From: Gammaproteobacteria bacterium
GTDB taxonomy: Bacteria; Pseudomonadota; Gammaproteobacteria; JBCCGL01
NCBI GenBank assembly: GCA_965277715.1
Contig: OZ255836.1
Coordinates: 2,528,001-2,592,000 of the forward strand
Direction: 5' to 3'
DNA: 64,000 nucleotides
The translations under genes were made by a program, and so were the position numbers. Below, piece by piece: positions 30,919-40,914 of the stretch. Position 1 is the first letter of the stretch, and every line of letters begins with the position of its first letter. A model generated the notes under the pieces. It saw nothing but the letters and a program-made list of their open reading frames with translations. It did not search any database and was not told where the DNA came from.

Positions 30919-31890
30919 TTACTGAATAGCCGCCAGCACTTTATTCGCGACTTTAGCAGGCAATGGAATATAGCCATCTTTAACCACCACCTCCTGCCCC
31001 GCTTTTGACATCACCAGTTTAATAAATTCGCGCTCCAGTGGCGGCAGTGGCTCATTCGGTTTTTTGTTGACATAAACATACAAAAACCGCGAGAGAGGAT
31101 AGGTCTTATTCACAGCGTTACCCGCTGTCGCTTCAACGAATTTGCTCTTACCTTTCCTGGCCAGTGGTACAGCGCGCACGCTCGAAGTTTGATAACCGAT
31201 ACCGGAGTAACCGATGCCGTTTAACGATGCAGAGACCGACTGCACCACCGAAGCCGACCCCGGTTGTTCATTGACGTTATTTTTATAATCACCCTTGCAC
31301 AGTGCCTTCTTCTTAAAATAACCATACGTACCCGACACCGAATTGCGACCGTATAACTGAATCCTGCGTTGCTGCCAGTCACCGCTCAAGCCCATATCCC
31401 CCCAGGTATCAATACTGCTTTTGCCACGGCACTTACGGTTTTGCGAAAAAATCGCATCCACCTGCTTGATCGTCATCCCTTCAATCGGATTATCCTTGTG
31501 CACATAGACCGCCAATGCATCGATAGCGACAGGAATCGCCAGGGGTTTATAACCGGTTTTTTTCTCAAACGCCTCGCGCTCTTTATCCTTCATCTTGCGG
31601 CTCATTGGGCCGAAATTAGCCGTTCCCTCAGTCAGTGCTGGCGGTGCCGTGGACGAACCTGCCGCCTGGATCTGTATATTCACATTGGGATAAACCTGCT
31701 TGAACGCCTCTGCCCACAAAGTCACCAGATTAGCCAGCGTATCAGAACCAGCACTGGATAAATTCCCCGAGACACCACTGACCGGTTCATACACCGGCAA
31801 CGCCTCATCGACCGACCCGGCAGACGTACTACCTACTGTGCAAAAAAACAATGCACCAACAAACATTAAAAATACTTTTCTTTTCATCAT
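30919..31890 (-). CDS. pstS: Phosphate-binding periplasmic protein
   Basis: [34 protein letters not shown]. Confidence 0.95.
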   Translation of the reverse strand: MMKRKVFLMFVGALFFCTVGSTSAGSVDEALPVYEPVSGVSGNLSSAGSDTLANLVTLWAEAFKQVYPNVNIQIQAAGSSTAPPALTEGTANFGPMSRKMKDKEREAFEKKTGYKPLAIPVAIDALAVYVHKDNPIEGMTIKQVDAIFSQNRKCRGKSSIDTWGDMGLSGDWQQRRIQLYGRNSVSGTYGYFKKKALCKGDYKNNVNEQPGSASVVQSVSASLNGIGYSGIGYQTSSVRAVPLARKGKSKFVEATAGNAVNKTYPLSRFLYVYVNKKPNEPLPPLEREFIKLVMSKAGQEVVVKDGYIPLPAKVANKVLAAIQ

Positions 31891-32014
31891 TTATTTACCT
31901 TACGCATTAATAACCACCACGACTAAGCGCCAAATAGTTTTAAAAATTCCACACACATAACTCATTCATTTTAAGCGTATTAATTTTTTTATTATTTATA
32001 TAAATCTATTTTTC

Positions 32015-32134
32015 AACCCCGCCAGACTCCTGATAGGTATTAACTTGCAACCAATTGTTCCAGAACGCCTTTTTCTGGAACAATTATTGGCTAATGCATC
32101 AGGCATCATGTATTGGCTTGTGGGCAAGTTAATA
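32015..32134. repeat. Interspersed MITE-like palindromic repeat
   Basis: GTATTAACTTGC...GCAAGTTAATAC termini with an internal TTGTTCCAG/CTGGAACAA hairpin; copies at 50960-51058 and (inverted, partial) 44229-44311. Confidence 0.8.
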
Positions 32135-32142
32135 CACGGAGT

Positions 32143-33438
32143 CTAGACCTGCATATGTTCAAGTGGAAAAGTACATATAAAAACAGCACCACTACCCGGC
32201 ACACTTTCCACATCCAAAAACCCACCATTATTTTCCACCGCATGCTTAACAATCGCCAACCCCAACCCCGTACCGCCGCTATTGCGCGAACGCCCCGCAT
32301 CGACACGATAAAAACGCTCAGTCAAACGCGGCAAGTGTTGCGCTGCAATACCAGGCCCATCGTCGCGCACCAGCAATCGCGCCGCCCCTCTGTGCATCTC
32401 CCACACCACATCGATATGCGTGGCGGCCGGTGTATGCTGAATAGCATTGGCAATCAAATTGAAAAACGCGCTACTGAGCTCCGCCGGGTTACCCATAATC
32501 GTCACGCTATCGTCCACACTGAGATCAATTTGATGCCCGGTAGTACCACACAACAGCAGCGCCTGCTCACGCAGCGAACCCAACAAACGACTCACATCGA
32601 CAGATACCCACTCAACCTCCTGCGGGTTTTCCAACTCCATTTTTGATAGCAACAGTAAATCATCGACAATGCGTGACATACGCCGCGCCTGTTGGTCGAC
32701 CGAGGCCAAACCTTTGCTCACCGCAACCGGTAGCCCCTGCTCCTGACTCAACACCTCGGTATACCCCAGAACCACTGTCAGCGGCGTTTTTAATTCATGC
32801 GATACATTGGCAACAAAATCGCGCCGGATCTGCTGCAGACGGTGCGCAATGGTCACATCGTGCGCCAATAGCAAACGCAGGCCATCACCATACGCAACCA
32901 CACGCACCGAGAGCACTATCGACGGCTGCACCGGCGAGCAAATTTCCAGGCTAGTGGAAAAATCGGCCTGCGACAGGTAACGCCGAAAATCCGGCGAACG
33001 CAACAGGTTATCGATACGTTGCCCGATATCCTGCGGATTGCGAATGCCCAGTACATGCCTCGCGGCGGTGTTAGCCCAATCAATATCCCCATTGGTGCGC
33101 AAGACGACTGCGGCATCGGGCAACGCTTCAGTCGATGCATTGAAACGCCCCAGCATAGCAACCAGGCGCGTTTTACGGCTGCGGCTATTCTGCTGAATAC
33201 GGTAAACGTGGCCGATGATCGCCTCCCAGGCGCCCCGGCTCTCCGGTAGCTGCGACTTTCTCGCCCCTGTGGAGAGCCATCGCTCAAAGCGGTACATCTG
33301 CCGCAGGTGATAGCCGCTGTATAGCGCCAAACCCAAGGCATAAACCACGCCCCAGGCACCACTGATAAGCGCTATCAAGGTACAGACCAGCAGCACCCAG
33401 CATAAGCGCCAACACTCGCTACGCCAGCCGTTACTCAT
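32143..33438 (-). CDS. phoR: Phosphate regulon sensor kinase
   Basis: FVANVSHELKTPL, PAS domain, RFYRVD..RSR..GGTGLGL. Confidence 0.95.
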   Translation of the reverse strand: MSNGWRSECWRLCWVLLVCTLIALISGAWGVVYALGLALYSGYHLRQMYRFERWLSTGARKSQLPESRGAWEAIIGHVYRIQQNSRSRKTRLVAMLGRFNASTEALPDAAVVLRTNGDIDWANTAARHVLGIRNPQDIGQRIDNLLRSPDFRRYLSQADFSTSLEICSPVQPSIVLSVRVVAYGDGLRLLLAHDVTIAHRLQQIRRDFVANVSHELKTPLTVVLGYTEVLSQEQGLPVAVSKGLASVDQQARRMSRIVDDLLLLSKMELENPQEVEWVSVDVSRLLGSLREQALLLCGTTGHQIDLSVDDSVTIMGNPAELSSAFFNLIANAIQHTPAATHIDVVWEMHRGAARLLVRDDGPGIAAQHLPRLTERFYRVDAGRSRNSGGTGLGLAIVKHAVENNGGFLDVESVPGSGAVFICTFPLEHMQV

Positions 33439-33461
33439 GGCTTATAAAGCCTGGATAACCG

Positions 33462-34163
33462 CTAGCTGGCTGAAAAACGATAACCAACACCACGCACCGT
33501 TTGCAAAAATGTCTCGAAGCCAAACGGTTTAAGTGACTTGCGCAGGCGCAGCACATGCACATCGACAGTGCGTTCTTCGACATAAGCGTTGTGTCCCCAG
33601 ATATGGTCGAGCAACTGCCCGCGTGAATAGACGCGCCCTATATGGCTCAGAAAAAAATGTAACAGCTTGAATTCTGTTGGCCCCAGCGACACAACCGCCT
33701 CACCGATGGTGCACCGATGTTCTGCCATATCGAGCACCATTGCATCGAATCGCAGCTTGGCATCGTCTTCCGGTTGCTGGCTGCGCCGGGTGACCGCACG
33801 GATCCGCGCCAGCAACTCAGCGGGTGAAAACGGTTTGGTCACGTAGTCATCGGCACCGGCATCCAGCCCCAGCACTTTATCTGAATCCTCCGATTTCGCC
33901 GTCAGCATAATCACCGGCAATGCAGCGAGGTGCTTATCGCGCTTGATACGGCGAATAAGCGCCAGCCCGCTCGTACCCGGCATCATCCAGTCGATCAATA
34001 CCACGGCAAACGACTGTTGACAGATAAGCTGATAGGCTGTCTCGGCATTTTCTGCCTCATAAACCGCAAAGCCTTCACGATAAAGTGAAAAGGCAATCAT
34101 CTCGCGGATCGATGATTCATCGTCTACAATTAATACAGCTTGCGGCATCTTTGTATCGTTCAA
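33462..34163 (-). CDS. phoB: Phosphate regulon response regulator
   Basis: DWMMP, GPTEFKLL.F, VEERTVDVH..RLRK; start may be ATG 34148. Confidence 0.95.
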   Translation of the reverse strand: MNDTKMPQAVLIVDDESSIREMIAFSLYREGFAVYEAENAETAYQLICQQSFAVVLIDWMMPGTSGLALIRRIKRDKHLAALPVIMLTAKSEDSDKVLGLDAGADDYVTKPFSPAELLARIRAVTRRSQQPEDDAKLRFDAMVLDMAEHRCTIGEAVVSLGPTEFKLLHFFLSHIGRVYSRGQLLDHIWGHNAYVEERTVDVHVLRLRKSLKPFGFETFLQTVRGVGYRFSAS

Positions 34164-34268
34164 AACCTGGATATCACTACATCACATAGGTGATTCTGGA
34201 GAGGCGGCGCAATAGCATAAATAATTAATCCTGAGCAAAAAGACAGGGCCGTATTAAACGATACAATT

Positions 34269-34286
34269 GTGACTGTTTAATGACAA
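34269..34286 (-). promoter_or_regulatory. Pho box upstream of phoB
   Basis: TTGTCAT-TAAA-CAGTCAC, then 10 nt, then TTTAAT. Confidence 0.8.
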
Positions 34287-34607
34287 CGCAGGATAAAATC
34301 CACACACCACTATTAACCTGGGTATTTCACAATAAGCCCCCACAGATTGCACCCGGGTCTGACCAGGGTATTTGACAATCCCATCACAAAATAGCGCGTA
34401 GACACACGACCTGACGCAATCGCCGGAACTATTTTCAGCATCACTACTCTTAAGGCTACCAATCTTTTGGCATATACTGTGAAGAGCTATGGATAAAAAC
34501 CTCGGGTAAAAGCCTTAGGTAAAAACCATGTGCTAAACAGTACGCGGATTATCCGTCTCCGAATAATGGCGGTATTTATTAAACAACACTAATCAGGAGT
34601 CTCAACT

Positions 34608-34865
34608 ATGAGCAAACGTAATCAAGCCGCCGCGGCGGCACTCGCCGGTCTGGTTGCTGTCGGCATGAGCGCGGTGACCACCAATGTATCTGCCGCTGAT
34701 ATGGAAAAATGCTACGGCGTCGTCAAAGCCGGTAACAACGACTGCCAGACCGCCACCAGCGCATGCGCAGGCACTTCGACCAAAGACGATCAGGCCGACG
34801 CCTGGCTGCTGGTACCCAAAGGTATGTGTGAACGCCTGACAGGTGGTAGCAACACCGCCAGCTAA
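34608..34865 (+). CDS. DUF2282 (BufA1-type) precursor peptide
   Basis: Signal peptide, EKCYGV.KAG.NDC, CAG, VPKG.C..L.GG. Confidence 0.9.
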   Translation: MSKRNQAAAAALAGLVAVGMSAVTTNVSAADMEKCYGVVKAGNNDCQTATSACAGTSTKDDQADAWLLVPKGMCERLTGGSNTAS

Positions 34866-35740
34866 TGCAGTCCCTCCGCTCACCTGGTGAGCGAATTCGA
34901 TCATCAATCCCGGCTGCGGCCGGGATTGGTCTTCGTGGCCCTCACTACCGTGATATCGTCGAGCAAACGCCCCCCGTAGCCTGGTTGGAGGCACACGCAG
35001 AAAACTATTTTGGCGATGGCGGCGCCCCGCTCCACTACTTGCAGCAATGCCGGGAACACTACCCACTCAGCCTGCACGGTGTCGGTTTATCACTGGGCAG
35101 CATCGACCCACTCAACCAACGCCATCTACACAAACTCAAATCGCTCATCGAACGCTTTCAGCCCGGCCTGGTATCTGAACATTTAAGCTGGGGTTCTATC
35201 GATGGCCAGTTTTTTAACGACCTGCTGCCAATGCCCTACACAGAGGAATCGTTACATCATTTCTGTGAGCGCGTAATACAAACGCAGGACTACCTGCAAC
35301 GCCAGATCCTCATCGAAAACCCGTCGAGCTATTTAACGTATACCCATTCAAGCATCCCGGAGTGGGAGTATTTTGTAGAAATTGCCCGGCGCACCGGTTG
35401 CGGTTTGCTGGTCGACATTAACAATATCTATGTCAGTGCGCACAATCACCATTTTGATGCAAAGCACTACATCGAGCACATCCCCTCTCACCATGTGGGT
35501 GAGATCCACCTCGCCGGTTTTGCTGTAAACCGCCACGATGGGGTCGACATACTCATCGACAACCACGGCGCCAGTGTTGCCGAAGACGTTTGGCAGTTAT
35601 TTGGGTTTGCACTGGATCGGTTCGGTGAAAAACCCGCGCTGGTGGAATGGGACAGCGGGATTCCCAGCCTCGACACACTGCTCGCCGAGTCATCGCGGGC
35701 ACAATCAATGATGGACGAGCGTTGTGCCCTCGTTGCCTGA
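34865..35740 (+). CDS. DUF692 multinuclear non-heme iron oxidase (MNIO, BufB-like)
   Basis: GIGLR, HAENY, LSLHGV.LS.GS, SEHL.W, IENPS, DINN.YV, EIHLAG, IDNH, EWD. Confidence 0.93.
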   Translation: MQSLRSPGERIRSSIPAAAGIGLRGPHYRDIVEQTPPVAWLEAHAENYFGDGGAPLHYLQQCREHYPLSLHGVGLSLGSIDPLNQRHLHKLKSLIERFQPGLVSEHLSWGSIDGQFFNDLLPMPYTEESLHHFCERVIQTQDYLQRQILIENPSSYLTYTHSSIPEWEYFVEIARRTGCGLLVDINNIYVSAHNHHFDAKHYIEHIPSHHVGEIHLAGFAVNRHDGVDILIDNHGASVAEDVWQLFGFALDRFGEKPALVEWDSGIPSLDTLLAESSRAQSMMDERCALVA

Positions 35741-36500
35741 ATTGCAACGCGGCTTCGCCACCGACCTTCTCAGTGACGCAGCACAGATAAGTGGCCCGCG
35801 TATCTGCACGGGAAAATTCTCCAGCGAGCGGCTGCTACAAGTCTACCGCAACAATTACTTTCTAAGCCTCACCCAGGCACTGAAAGACATACATCCGGTG
35901 GTCAATACATTAGTCGGCGAGGGCTTTTTCAACTACGCCGCCGATAGCTATATTCGCCAGCACCCCTCTACCGATGGCAATCTGCACAGCTTCGGCGATC
36001 AGTTTGGCAACTTTCTCAGCGGCTTCGAGGCGGCTGCAAGCCTGCCTTATCTGGCCGATATGGCCCGCCTGGACTGGGCCTGTCACTGTGCATTTCACGC
36101 CGCAGACACGGCTGCTATCCCCCAAAATAAGCTGGCACAAATACCGACCGCACGCTACGCTGATTTGCGTTTTAGCATCGCGCCGTCAGTGACCCTACTG
36201 CAATCGCGCCACCCAATTTTTACTATCTGGTCGTTTAGCCAACAACAAAACGACAGCGAAGGCACTGGTGTAAATCTGGATTCTGGTGGAGAATACACAC
36301 TGGTTCACCGGCCCTTACTGGAGGTTTCAGTTGAACCACTAAACAGCGCTGAATTTGCGTTTATCAACTCACTCACCGCTGAACAAACGCTGGGTTTTGC
36401 AGTCGAACAGGCCGTTGATGAAGATAGCTCGTTTGATTTGAACATGGCCTTGAACCATTTTTTGAGCAATGGGGTGCTGACCGATTTATGGTTGGATTAA
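35724..36500 (+). CDS. DUF2063 partner protein (BufC-like)
   Basis: L.ELQ..FA, RL.VYRNN, LVGE.FF, YLAD.ARL.W. Confidence 0.88.
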   Translation: MPSLPELQRGFATDLLSDAAQISGPRICTGKFSSERLLQVYRNNYFLSLTQALKDIHPVVNTLVGEGFFNYAADSYIRQHPSTDGNLHSFGDQFGNFLSGFEAAASLPYLADMARLDWACHCAFHAADTAAIPQNKLAQIPTARYADLRFSIAPSVTLLQSRHPIFTIWSFSQQQNDSEGTGVNLDSGGEYTLVHRPLLEVSVEPLNSAEFAFINSLTAEQTLGFAVEQAVDEDSSFDLNMALNHFLSNGVLTDLWLD

Positions 36501-36578
36501 TGCGCTTCTGGTCAAAACGTAAATCTACGCTAAATTAATAAGAAAGATACGATTAAAAACATAATTGAGGAAAAACGC

Positions 36579-37028
36579 ATGTCACTTATAACCACTCTGG
36601 GCAATATCGTAAAACCCGCGATTAGCCTGCTAACCTTCGCCACGCCGTTAATTGACCTGGTGCTACGCGTATATGTGGCCAATGTTTTCTGGAAATCCGG
36701 GCAAACCAAAATTGCCAATATGGATCAAACCGTTCAGTTATTTGAATACGTCTATAGCGTGCCCATATTGCCGCCCTTCATCGCCGCCTATATGGCAACT
36801 GGCGCAGAGTTGCTTTTCCCCATTCTGTTGGTGTTGGGCTTGGCCACCCGGTTTGCGGCCCTTTCCCTGACGGTACTCAATATCGTCGCGGTTCTCTCCT
36901 TTCCTGATTTGCACGAGGCGGGCCTGGAACAACACATCGTTTGGGGCATTATGTTGCTGGTAACCTTGTTACACGGCCCTGGAAAACTGGCCGTCGATCA
37001 CTTTATCCACAAAAAATACTGGGATTAG
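36579..37028 (+). CDS. DoxX-family membrane protein
   Basis: FW.SG..K, E..FP.LL.LGL.TR, GPG..A.D. Confidence 0.9.
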   Translation: MSLITTLGNIVKPAISLLTFATPLIDLVLRVYVANVFWKSGQTKIANMDQTVQLFEYVYSVPILPPFIAAYMATGAELLFPILLVLGLATRFAALSLTVLNIVAVLSFPDLHEAGLEQHIVWGIMLLVTLLHGPGKLAVDHFIHKKYWD

Positions 37029-37050
37029 GTTTTTCTTGTAATGCACACAT

Positions 37051-37075
37051 AAGGGGCGCCTCGCGCCCCTTTTTT
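37051..37075 (+). terminator. Intrinsic terminator
   Basis: AAGGGGCGC-CTC-GCGCCCCTTTTTT. Confidence 0.8.
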
Positions 37076-37091
37076 ATTGCCATCGATTTTA

Positions 37092-37850
37092 CTACTGCCG
37101 ATTCAAATCGATCATACGCTCGGGATGATCTGAAATCACCGAGGCAACACCCCACGCCAGCAACTGCTCAGCGCGCTGGCGCTCATTCACGGTATACACC
37201 AAGAGGGGGTAACCCGCCTGTAACGGCGCCTCAAGGTGTCGTTGTTGCAGCGTTTCATCCCCGCAATGCAACGAAGCAGCACCAAACCGTTGCAGCTTCT
37301 CCCGCCAATCTGTGGGTATCGTCTCAACCAACCAACCACGGGAAACCTCAGCGAGGTGCTCCGCCAACAAATCCATCACCGTTTCGCTAAAGCTGGACAT
37401 TAACAGGGGCAGGTTTTGCGGCCAACACTGGCGAATAATTGCCGCCGTCGCCAGCACAGTCGCCCACTCGTTGCCCTGGATCGCCTTCACTTCAACATTG
37501 GCCCCCATATTCAATGTTGCCAGCAGTGCAATTACCTCAGAAAAACGCGGAATCCTCTCCCCGGCAAACGCCGCCGAAAAATGGCTGCCCGCGTCTAACT
37601 TTGACAGCGTAGAATAATCGTGTGCCTGCAATAGCCCACTGCCATCGGTGCAACGATCCAGCTCAAAATCGTGAAACACCACTACCTCATTATTCGCCGC
37701 CAGATTGACATCAAACTCGACAAAGGTAACCCCGAGCGTCGCCGCTTCACGCATCGACGCCAGGGTATTTTCCGGCGCAGAACCCTTAGCACCACGGTGG
37801 CCGCTGATATTTGGCAGGCGGGAAAAATCAAACGATGAGATAGTGTGCAT
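37092..37850 (-). CDS. ugpQ: Glycerophosphodiester phosphodiesterase
   Basis: GHRGA...APENT, EFDV, HD..L.R, YTVN. Confidence 0.88.
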   Translation of the reverse strand: MHTISSFDFSRLPNISGHRGAKGSAPENTLASMREAATLGVTFVEFDVNLAANNEVVVFHDFELDRCTDGSGLLQAHDYSTLSKLDAGSHFSAAFAGERIPRFSEVIALLATLNMGANVEVKAIQGNEWATVLATAAIIRQCWPQNLPLLMSSFSETVMDLLAEHLAEVSRGWLVETIPTDWREKLQRFGAASLHCGDETLQQRHLEAPLQAGYPLLVYTVNERQRAEQLLAWGVASVISDHPERMIDLNRQ

Positions 37851-37917
37851 AGAATTAATTTAAGATTAAGGCGTACAAAATACATTTACCGCTTGAGAGA
37901 AACCATGCGCTCACTTA

Positions 37918-37946
37918 TTCTTTACAAATATTGAAATAGTAAAGAA
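37918..37946. promoter_or_regulatory. Inverted repeat, probable TA operator
   Basis: TTCTTTAC-N13-GTAAAGAA immediately upstream of the antitoxin ATG. Confidence 0.55.
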
Positions 37947-37950
37947 AGCC

Positions 37951-38169
37951 ATGCCAAAGGTCAGTTCAAAGCGACAAATTACACTGCCGGTTGATCAATG
38001 CCAAGCACTTGGCATTGAGCCAGGTGATGAATACCAGAGTTTTGTCGCTGGTGGCCAGATTACCATTATCAAAAAAGTACCCGGTGCGGCACAGGGTATT
38101 CTCGCCAACGTCACAGGGGCTATCTATAGCAGTGAGAGACAATCACTGTACAGTGCAATCGACGAATGA
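37951..38169 (+). CDS. AbrB/MazE-fold antitoxin (VapB-like)
   Basis: KVSSKRQITLP....LGI.PGD; overlaps the PIN gene. Confidence 0.85.
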   Translation: MPKVSSKRQITLPVDQCQALGIEPGDEYQSFVAGGQITIIKKVPGAAQGILANVTGAIYSSERQSLYSAIDE

Positions 38170-38600
38170 TCGCCATCGACACCAATGTGTTGTTGCGCTA
38201 TCTGCTCAATGATGATGCCACCCAATCAGCGCAAGCCACTACGCTGATAACAAACTCTCACAAAGTACTCATCACCGATGTGGTGCTGGTGGAAACCGTC
38301 CAGGCACTCACAGGAAAAAAATACTGCCTGGACAAGATGGCTGTTATCACCGTTATCAATGCATTATTCGAGGAGCCCACGCTTTGTTTTGAAGACGAAC
38401 AAGCCGTGTGGCGTGCATTATACGCCTACCGCAAAGCGACACCTGTCTTCGTCAACGGCAGGAAAAAACACGCCGACTTTGCCGATGCCTTATTGATCAA
38501 TAAATCCCATGGTTACGCAAAAAAAACCGCCACACCGCTACAAACTGTTTATACATTCGACCGTGCTGCGCAACAGATCCCCGGTGCCACGGCACTTTAA
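38166..38600 (+). CDS. vapC: PIN-domain toxin
   Basis: IDTNVLLRYL, E, DFADAL, TFD. Confidence 0.88.
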   Translation: MIAIDTNVLLRYLLNDDATQSAQATTLITNSHKVLITDVVLVETVQALTGKKYCLDKMAVITVINALFEEPTLCFEDEQAVWRALYAYRKATPVFVNGRKKHADFADALLINKSHGYAKKTATPLQTVYTFDRAAQQIPGATAL

Positions 38601-38623
38601 CCCTCTATCAACATAAACGAAAC

Positions 38624-39508
38624 ATGACTGACAACACCTTCGATATTCCACACAAAAGTCCAATAGCGCCCATGCAGCTCGACGGCGACGACAAAATTCG
38701 TTTCAACTGCCGCAAAGGCATCGACTGCTGGAACCAATGCTGTATGCAAGCCGATGTCACCCTGGCGCCCTATGACATTATCCGTTTGAAAAATAACCTG
38801 GGTATCAGCTCCAGTGAATTTCTCAACAATTACACCGTGCCGTTTGAGTTGGACGGGCACGGCGTACCCGGTGTGAAGCTGCGCACCACCGATGCCGGTG
38901 CCTGCAAGCTGATGACCGATGAAGGTTGCAGCGTATACCAGGATCGCCCCACCGCCTGCCGCTACTACCCGGTAGGGCTGTTATCAATGAAACGCAAAGA
39001 TGCCCAGGCGGATGAACACCACTACGTACTGGTAAAAGAAGACCACTGCCTGGGGCATCTGGAACCCAGAGAAATCAGCTTTGACGACTACCGTAAAGAC
39101 CAGGGCGTAGAGGATTACGACACACTAAACCGAGAATACTACCGGATTATGTTGAAAAAGCGCTCAAGTGGCCCCGCCATTGGCCGCCCTTCAGAATTGA
39201 GCCTACAACTGTTTTTTATGGTGTGTTACGACATTGACCGGTTTCGCCGTTTCGCCTCAAGCGAGGCATTTAAAAATAACTACGCACTCGATGATGCCGA
39301 AATCGATACCTTCGTCGATGATGTCGCCCTATTGCAGTTTGGCTACCGTTTATTAAAACAAGTGCTGTTTGGCGAGAACAGCATTCCCGTGCGGGAGGGC
39401 GCGATTGAAAGCCGCGTAGAAGCGCGCCGTGACGTTCTCCAAGCCCGCAAGCAGGCGGAGATAGCGCGCTGGCAGAGCGAAGAGGAAAAGCGCAAACGTG
39501 AAACCTAA
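38624..39508 (+). CDS. YkgJ-family cysteine-cluster protein
   Basis: FNC....C...CC, C......C.VY..RP..CR.YP. Confidence 0.85.
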   Translation: MTDNTFDIPHKSPIAPMQLDGDDKIRFNCRKGIDCWNQCCMQADVTLAPYDIIRLKNNLGISSSEFLNNYTVPFELDGHGVPGVKLRTTDAGACKLMTDEGCSVYQDRPTACRYYPVGLLSMKRKDAQADEHHYVLVKEDHCLGHLEPREISFDDYRKDQGVEDYDTLNREYYRIMLKKRSSGPAIGRPSELSLQLFFMVCYDIDRFRRFASSEAFKNNYALDDAEIDTFVDDVALLQFGYRLLKQVLFGENSIPVREGAIESRVEARRDVLQARKQAEIARWQSEEEKRKRET

Positions 39509-40067
39509 GATATACACCTTTGAACAAACACGCTTACACATCGCCCTGGTTTCAGACACCCACGCGCATATCGACCCGCGTATCCTCGCGCTGATCAACG
39601 CGTGTGATATTGCCATCCACGCCGGTGATGTCATGGATGAAGAGGTGCTTGAGCACATGCGCCCACGTTTATGCACGATTGCTGTGGCCGGGAACAACGA
39701 TGCTTATGGGCTGTGGTCATCACGGCAAAAACGCCACACAAAATACCTGCCCCAGTGTGCATTGATTCACCTGCCCAGCGGCACGATTGCCGTTGAGCAC
39801 GGCCACCGTTTTGGTAACCGCCAGCCCAGCCACACTGCATTGCGGGCAGCATACGCTGAGGCACGCGCTATTGTGTATGGGCATACGCATAAACAATTAA
39901 CCGATAAAACCCAAACCCCGTGGGTAATCAACCCCGGTGCCGCCGGGTTAGTACGCAATCAGGGCGGGCCACGGTGCCTGCTGCTCACCGTCGAGGATGG
40001 GGTATGGTCGCTGCAGCCACATTGTTTTGCACAACCGGAACCGGACAGCCTCGCAGCTTCAGTATAA
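39498..40067 (+). CDS. YfcE-like metallophosphoesterase
   Basis: SDTH, HAGD, GNND, HGH, GHTH, NPG. Confidence 0.88.
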   Translation: MKPKIYTFEQTRLHIALVSDTHAHIDPRILALINACDIAIHAGDVMDEEVLEHMRPRLCTIAVAGNNDAYGLWSSRQKRHTKYLPQCALIHLPSGTIAVEHGHRFGNRQPSHTALRAAYAEARAIVYGHTHKQLTDKTQTPWVINPGAAGLVRNQGGPRCLLLTVEDGVWSLQPHCFAQPEPDSLAASV

Positions 40068-40187
40068 AATACCCGGCAACCACCCAGTCGTACTGGCAAC
40101 CCGGTTCGGACAGGTGGTATTTTTACCGACACGCTCTCAATGCACTGTTGATCGACAGCCTGTTTCGCTTTCGATTGAGGAATACCT

Positions 40188-40913
40188 ATGAAAAAGACGC
40201 TGGTCGTCTGCTCCGGCGGGCTGGATTCGGTGACGCTCGCCCACAAAATGGCACTCGAAACACAGATCGATTTATTGCTCTCGTTTAACTACGGGCAACG
40301 CCATACCACTGAACTGCAATACGCTGCACGCTGTGCCAGTGCGTTATCCGTGGCACACGAGCTTATTGATATCAGCGCAGTGGGCCGCCTGTTGAGTGGC
40401 TCGGCACTGACCGACGATATTGATGTCCCCGAAGGCCACTACCAACAGGAGACAATGCGGGTGACGGTAGTGCCCAATCGCAATGCCATCATGCTAACCA
40501 TCGCCTTTGGCGTGGCCGCTTCGCGTGGCTGCGATGCCGTGGCGATTGCAGTGCATGGCGGTGATCACTTTATCTACCCGGACTGCCGCCCCGGCTTTAT
40601 CGATAGTTTCCAGACTATGCAGAACAAGGCCCTCGATGGTGTGCAGGCAGTCGAACTACTGGCACCGTTCGTAACAGTGGATAAGGCCGCGATTGTTCGC
40701 CAGGGCGCCGCACTGAATGTGCCCTTTGCCGACACCTGGTCATGCTATCAGGGGGGCGGGCAACACTGTGGCCGCTGCGGCACCTGCGTCGAGCGCCGGG
40801 AAGCCTTTGCACTGGCCGGGATCGACGACCCCACCCAATACGCTGACACGGATTTCTGGCAACAGGCTGTCAATGACCACCACACACCGGAAAAGTGTGG
40901 GCGAGGACATTGA
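40188..40913 (+). CDS. queC: 7-cyano-7-deazaguanine synthase
   Basis: SGGLDS, YPDCR, TWSCY, CG.CGTC. Confidence 0.96.
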   Translation: MKKTLVVCSGGLDSVTLAHKMALETQIDLLLSFNYGQRHTTELQYAARCASALSVAHELIDISAVGRLLSGSALTDDIDVPEGHYQQETMRVTVVPNRNAIMLTIAFGVAASRGCDAVAIAVHGGDHFIYPDCRPGFIDSFQTMQNKALDGVQAVELLAPFVTVDKAAIVRQGAALNVPFADTWSCYQGGGQHCGRCGTCVERREAFALAGIDDPTQYADTDFWQQAVNDHHTPEKCGRGH

Positions 40914-40914
40914 T

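Noticed and set aside
37851-37950. Pho box for ugpQ
   Set aside because: No GTCA(T/C) direct repeat with 11-bp spacing found
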